NCBI GenBank assembly: GCA_036172245.1
Contig: JAYWIR010000046.1
Span: 1,426,001-1,490,000, forward strand
Direction: 5' to 3'
From: Raillietiella orientalis
Lineage: Eukaryota
DNA length: 64,000 bases
The position numbers and the translations under genes were made by a program. The notes beneath the pieces are model-generated. The model was given only the letters and a program-made list of their open reading frames with translations, made no database searches and had not been told where the DNA came from. Shown in pieces: positions 58,201 through 64,000 of the stretch (the first letter of the stretch is position 1; every line of letters starts with the position of its first letter).

Positions 58201-61200
58201 GTCGACGTCCACACCTAGATCAGAATTCGCGATGCAACTGAAACTGTTTTGCCAGTTTTTATTGTTTCTATAGGCATGGCGCAACTTGGCAAACCTCGTC
58301 GATCGAGGTTGCGAATTTTTAGAAAAATTGTAAATAGCAGGCTGTATCGAAGAATAATGTTGATAAAACAAGTTATTCTTTGTTTGTCCAACCAGATCGA
58401 AATCGAAATAAAGAGATGTGAGGGTGTAGTGCCATTGCAGAATAAAAGAAAAGGAACGAAAAACATCTTTGCTGTTAATGTACTGGGAACGCAGTAACTA
58501 GGACTTCCGACGTAGATTTTCTAGTGTGTCTCGGTATATTCAATAGCACTTACGTGGGTGCTCTTTTGCCGCCATGGGCGACATTCATGTGAAAGCACAA
58601 GAGCGGAAAGGTCTTTTGCAGAGACAACCTTGTCTTGGAACTGCAGTGGAAAGATCTATGATTCGTAGTTTACTTTGGCTCTGAATGTTTGGTCTTCACT
58701 TTGTGACATTCGTTTCCATGACAATGGGATGGATTTAGAGTGTTCATTTCTTTGGAAGGAAAGGAAAGTCCGTGTTCTTTATCGCTGTTGTCTTTAACTG
58801 TTATCTTCTGTGGAGTACATGTGTGAAGTATGCCGATGCATTCTCATCAAAGCAACGAAAATATACCTGTGCGTAAAAAGTGGAAAGGAACCGAATGAAG
58901 ACATTAGTTTGCTCGAAAGAATTACTTCGGCACAGACGTAACCAAATCCTAGAGGAGAACGAGTGCTATTACAGGAATTGCTTCATTCGTTCAGGCGTCA
59001 ATTATTCTCTAACAAATCGGTTGTGTCGCACAGAAATGTCGATGGGACTGGACATATTAGTGCTCACCGAAATATTGCACCTGCGCTCCTGTAATCCAGA
59101 TTCGGATTTAGACGGTATGTGATCCGAACCATCGAATCTTTGCAGTTGAGTGTTAGACATGCGTATTTCGTTATGTTTTCGATAGCCAAACGAATTCAAC
59201 GCAGATTGAATTCTTAGAAAATTTTCCTTTCTCAAATAGTGTTATTATTTCGATTGAAACGCTCTGCTTTATGGCGAAGAACCATGGGAAGAACTGCTTA
59301 TGTTTGCGCATCAGTCGACGTGCACACATAATTCTATAATAACTATAGATATTCAAACCAGCTGCACAGGGTTTGAATCCGCTTTGCGCCACTTAAAGAA
59401 CTCTGTCTATGGCTGTGCTTATGCTTTCCGAGAATCAAAATGACAACTAGCGTTGAAATGTTAGTAACCAAGTGTAGGCATTCTTCGTTCGTCGACACAG
59501 ATCGAATGGCCAATCCAAGCAGCTAGAGATGTAGTGTCATTTTATGAAAACAAAACAGAAAAGTAACAACCTCGTCGTCATTGCTGTTACATGGAAGGCA
59601 ATAACTCGAACTTCCGACAAGCAATTCCCAATGTTCCTCGGAATATGGAATACAACATTGGTGTCTCTTCCTTTGTCGGAATCGGTTAATTTCTTCATAG
59701 CGAACATGCCATGGAAGCTATCTCACAGGAAAACAGCTGTTGTGGAACGAGAGTCAAGATATCTTTGCTCCTTCAAATTCGAAGAATATAAAAGGGTGTC
59801 ATTTGATCCGCAAACTTGGTTTCCTGGACAACGAAAGAGATGTCAGAGTGTACAATCTCTTGGAAGAAATAACTATTCATCATTGTTCACGACAGCAGTC
59901 TAAATTTGACATGATTTGCAAAGATGATATCAAGAATACGGATGCGTGATCTTCCTAGGAGGATATAATTAGCTCTGCCTGGGAAAACAAGCAAAACTCA
60001 TTAAAAATGTCAACATAATATAATAACTGATACAGAACAGAAGTCACCAACTATCTAAAACAACAGGAATGCTTGTTGACGATTTTCAACATTAGTTGCT
60101 ACGTTATGAATTCCGTAGTGAATCGGTTGTCACTTGCTGCCATGTCGATGACACTACGGTCAGGTCACCAAAAAATTGCAGATTCCCAATGGCAGTCGAT
60201 TTGCGACTTGTCAACCGTACGAAACGGAAACAATCGGTGCATTCGAAATGAGATCAGCAGATGCATGCTAAATTTGAATCACAATTATGTTAAGAAAGCA
60301 AGGAAAATAGTAAAATTTTCCAAATTGCGCTGCTTAAATGGTGTCCGCATGTGCAGTGCAACCTTCAACTTTGTAACGATTCAGCTAAGCAGAAATTGCC
60401 TCTCTTTGCACATCAGTCGACGTCCACACATAAATCAGAATTCGCGATGCAACTGAAACTGTTTTGCCAGTTTTTATTGTTTCTACGAGCATGGCGCTAC
60501 TTGGCAAGCCTCGTCGATCGAGGTTGCGAATTTTTAGAAAAATTGTAAATACTGTTCTGTATCGAAGATGAGTTTTTATAAAACAATTTATTCTTTGTTT
60601 GTCCAAGCAGATCGAAATTGAAATAAAGAGAGGTGAGGGTGTAGTGCCATTGCAGAATAAAAGAAAAGGAACGAAAAACATCTTTGCTGTTAATGTACTG
60701 GGAACGCAGTAACTAGGACTTTCGACGTAGATTTTCTAGTGTGTCTCGGTATATTCAATAGCACTTACGTGGGTGCTCTTTTGCCGCCATGGGCGACATT
60801 CATGTGAAAGCACAAGAGCGGAAAGGTCTTTTGCAGAGACAACCTTGTCTTGGAACTGCCGTTGAAAGATCTATGATTCGTAGTTTACTTTGGCTCTGAA
60901 TGTTTGGTCTTCAATTTGTGACATTCGTTTCCATGACAATGGGATGGATTTAGAGTGTTCATTTATTTGGAAGGAAAGGAAAGTCCGTGTTCTTTATCCC
61001 TGTTGTCTTGAACTGTTATGTTCTGTGGAGTATATGTGTGAAGTATGCTGATGCATTCTCATCAAAGCAACGAAAATATACCTGTGCGTAGAAAGTGGAA
61101 AGCAACCGAATGAAGACATTAGTTTGCTCGAAAGAATTACTTCGGCACAGACGTAACCAAATCCTAGAGGAGAACGAGCGCTATTACAGGAATTGCTTCA

Positions 61201-64000
61201 TTCGATGCTGCGACAATTCTTCTGTAACAAATCGGTTGTGTCGCACAGAAATGTCGATGGAACTGGACATATTAGTGCTCACCGAAAAATTGCACCTCCG
61301 CTTTTGTAATCCAGATTCGGATTCAGACGGTATGTGATCCGAACCAACGAATCTTTGCAGTTCGGTGTTAGAGATGCGTATTTCGTTATGTATTCGATAG
61401 CCAAACGAATTCAACGCAGATTTAATTCTTAGAAACTTTCCTTTTCTCAAATAGTGTTATTATTTCGATTGAAACGCTCTGCTTGATGGCGAAGAACCAT
61501 GGGAAGAACTGCTTATGTTTGCATCAGTCGACGTGCACACATAATTCTATATTAACTATAGATATTCAAACCAGCTGCACAGGGTTTGAACTAAGCCAGC
61601 GCCACTTAAAAAACTTTGTCTATCGCTGTGCTTATGCTTTCCGAGAATCAAAATGACAACTAGCGTTGAAATGTTAGTATTCAAGAAGGCATTCTTCGTT
61701 CGTCGACACAGATCGAATGGCCAATCCAAGCAGCTATAGATGTAGTGTCATTTTATGAAAACAAAACAGAAAAGTAACAACCTCATCGTCATTGCTGCCA
61801 CTTGAAAGGCAATAACTCGAACTTCCGACAACCAATTCCCAATGTTAATCTGAATATGGAATACAACATTGGTGTCTCTTCCTTTCTCGGAATCGGTTAA
61901 TTTCTTGATAGCGAACATTCCATGGAAGCTGTCTTACAGGAAAACAGCTATAGTGGAACAAGAGTCAAGATATCTTTGCTCCTTCAAATTCGAAGAATAT
62001 AAAAGGGTGTCATTTGATCCTCAAACTTGGTTTCCTGGACAACGAAAGAGATGTCAGAGTGTACAATCTCTTGGAAGAAATAACTATTCATCATTGTTCA
62101 CGACAGCAGTCTAAATTTGACATGATTTGCATAGATGATATCAAGAATACGGATGCGTGATCTTCCTAGAAGGATATAATTAGCTCTGCCTGGGAAAACA
62201 AGCAAAAAACATTAAAAATGTACACATAATATAATAACTGATACAGAACAGAAGTCACCAACTATCTAAAACAACAGGAATGCTTGTTGACGATTTTCAA
62301 CATTAGTTGCTACGTTATGAATTCCGTAGTGAATCGGTTGTCACTTGCTGCCATGTCGATGACACTGGAATTGTCAGGTCCCACCAAAAAAATTGCAGAT
62401 TCCCAATGGCAGTCGATTTGCGGACTTTGTCAACCGTATGAAACGGAAACAATCGGTGCATTCAAAATGAGATCTTCAGTTGCATGCTAAAGTTTAATCA
62501 TAATTATGTTAACAGAGCAAGGAAAATAGTGGAATTTTCCAAATTGCGCTGCTTAAATTGCGTCCGCATTTGCAGTGCAACCTTCATTTTTGTAACGATT
62601 CGGCTATGCAGAAATTGCCTCTCTTTGCACATCAGTCGACGTCAACACCTAGATCAGAAATCGCGATGCAACTGAAACTGTTTTGCCAGTTTTTATTGTT
62701 TCTACGAGCATGGCGCAACTTGGCAAGCCTCGACGATCGAGGTTGCGAATTTTTAGAAAAATTGTAAATAGTAGTCTATATCGAAGAATAATGTTGATAA
62801 AACAAGCTATTCTTTGTTTGTGCAAGCACATCGAAATCGAAATAAAGAGAGGTGAGTGTGTAGTGCCATTCCAGAATCAAAGAAAAGGAACGAGAAACAT
62901 CTTTGCTGTTAATGTACTGGGAACGCAGTAACTAGGACTTCCGACGTAGATTTTCTAGTGTGTCTCGGTATATTGAATAGCACTTACGTGGGTGCTCTTT
63001 GCCGCCATGGGCGACATTCATGGAAGCACAAGAGCGGAAAGATCTTTGCAGAGACGAGCTTGTCTTGGAACTGCCGTGGAAAAGATCTATGATTCGTAGT
63101 TTACTTTGGCTCTGAATGTTTGGTCTTCTATTTGTGACATTCGTTTTCATGACAATGGAATGGATTTAGAGTGTTCATTTCTTTGGAAAGAAAAAAAAGA
63201 CCGTGTTCTTTATCGCTGTTGTCTTGAACTGTTATTTTCTGTGGAGTATATGTGTGAAGTACGCCGATGCATTCTCATCAAAGCAACGAAAATATACCTG
63301 TGCGTAGAAAAGTGGAAAGCAAACTCGAATGCAGACATTAGTTTCCTCGAATGAATTACTTCGGCACAGACGTAACCAAATCAAAGAGTAGAACGAGTGC
63401 TATTACAGGAATTGAATCATTCGTTTCTACAATGATTATTCTTGTAACAAATCATCTTTTTCGCACAGAAATGTCGATGGAACTGGACATATTAATGCTC
63501 ACCGAAAAATTGCACCTGCGCTCCTGTAATCCAGATTTGGATTTAGACGGTATGTGATCCGAACCATCGAATCTTTGCAGTTGAGTGTTAGAGATGCGTA
63601 TTTCGTTATGTTTTCGATAGCCAAACGAATTCAACGCAGATTGAATTCTTAGAAAATTTTCCTTTCTCAAATAGTGTTATTATTTCGATTGAAACGCTCT
63701 GCTTTATGGCGAAGAACCATGGGAAGAACTGCTTATGTTTGCGCATCAGTCGACGTACACATAATTCTATATTAATTATAGATATTCAAACCAGCTGCAA
63801 CAGGTTTTGAATCCGCTTTGCGCCACTTAAAGAACTCTGTCTATGGCTGTGCTTATGCTTTCCGAGAATCAAACACAACTGGCGTTGAAATGTTAGTAAC
63901 CAAGTGTAGGCATTCTTCGTTCGTCGAGATCGAATGGCCAATCCAAGCAGCTAGAGATGTAGTGTCATTTTATGAGAACAAAACAGAAAAAGTAACAACC
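46233..64000 (-). repeat. Tandem array (macrosatellite) of ~2.21-kb units; 8 full copies plus the start of a 9th; runs off the window
   Basis: The anchor tgtagtgtcattttATG has its ATG at 46254, 48468, 50680, 52894, 55110, 57325, 59544, 61755 and 63972 (period 2211-2219). The unit appears derived from minus-strand discoidin-like coding sequence. Confidence 0.97.

Noticed and set aside
46233..64000. CRISPR array, or tandem genes from the recurring plus-strand ORFs (MKTKQK..., MLTIFN..., MALNVW...)
   Set aside because: Eukaryotic context, kb-scale units and no repeat-spacer structure. Synonymous divergence between half-units points to the minus strand, so the plus-strand ORFs are antisense shadows.

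Overview
Eukaryotic genomic DNA from an invertebrate animal. A nematode is plausible from the 39-50 nt introns and a crn-2-type TatD, but this is inference. Four intact intron-containing genes form an AT-rich core: RPB7/POLR2G (-), a UBE2C-like E2 (+), a TatD/crn-2-like protein (-) and mitochondrial Hsp70 (+). Around them are decayed Tx1/L1-clade LINE fragments, two mariner remnants, an isolated 28S rRNA fragment, and a ~2.2-kb tandem array of at least 8 units filling 46.2-64 kb. Main observation: much of the apparently intergenic DNA, including the 2.2-kb array, translates on the MINUS strand into decayed motifs matching the F5/8 type C (discoidin) domain. This suggests a window-wide, co-oriented chain of discoidin-domain relics, one block of which was amplified hierarchically (~0.55 kb, 1.1 kb, 2.2 kb, ~4.4 kb). 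The domain call is by-eye motif matching and needs an HMM search. Also notable: the TatD has most metal ligands substituted, its stop codon lies 6 nt from the UBE2C stop, and RPB7 has a probable GC-AG intron.
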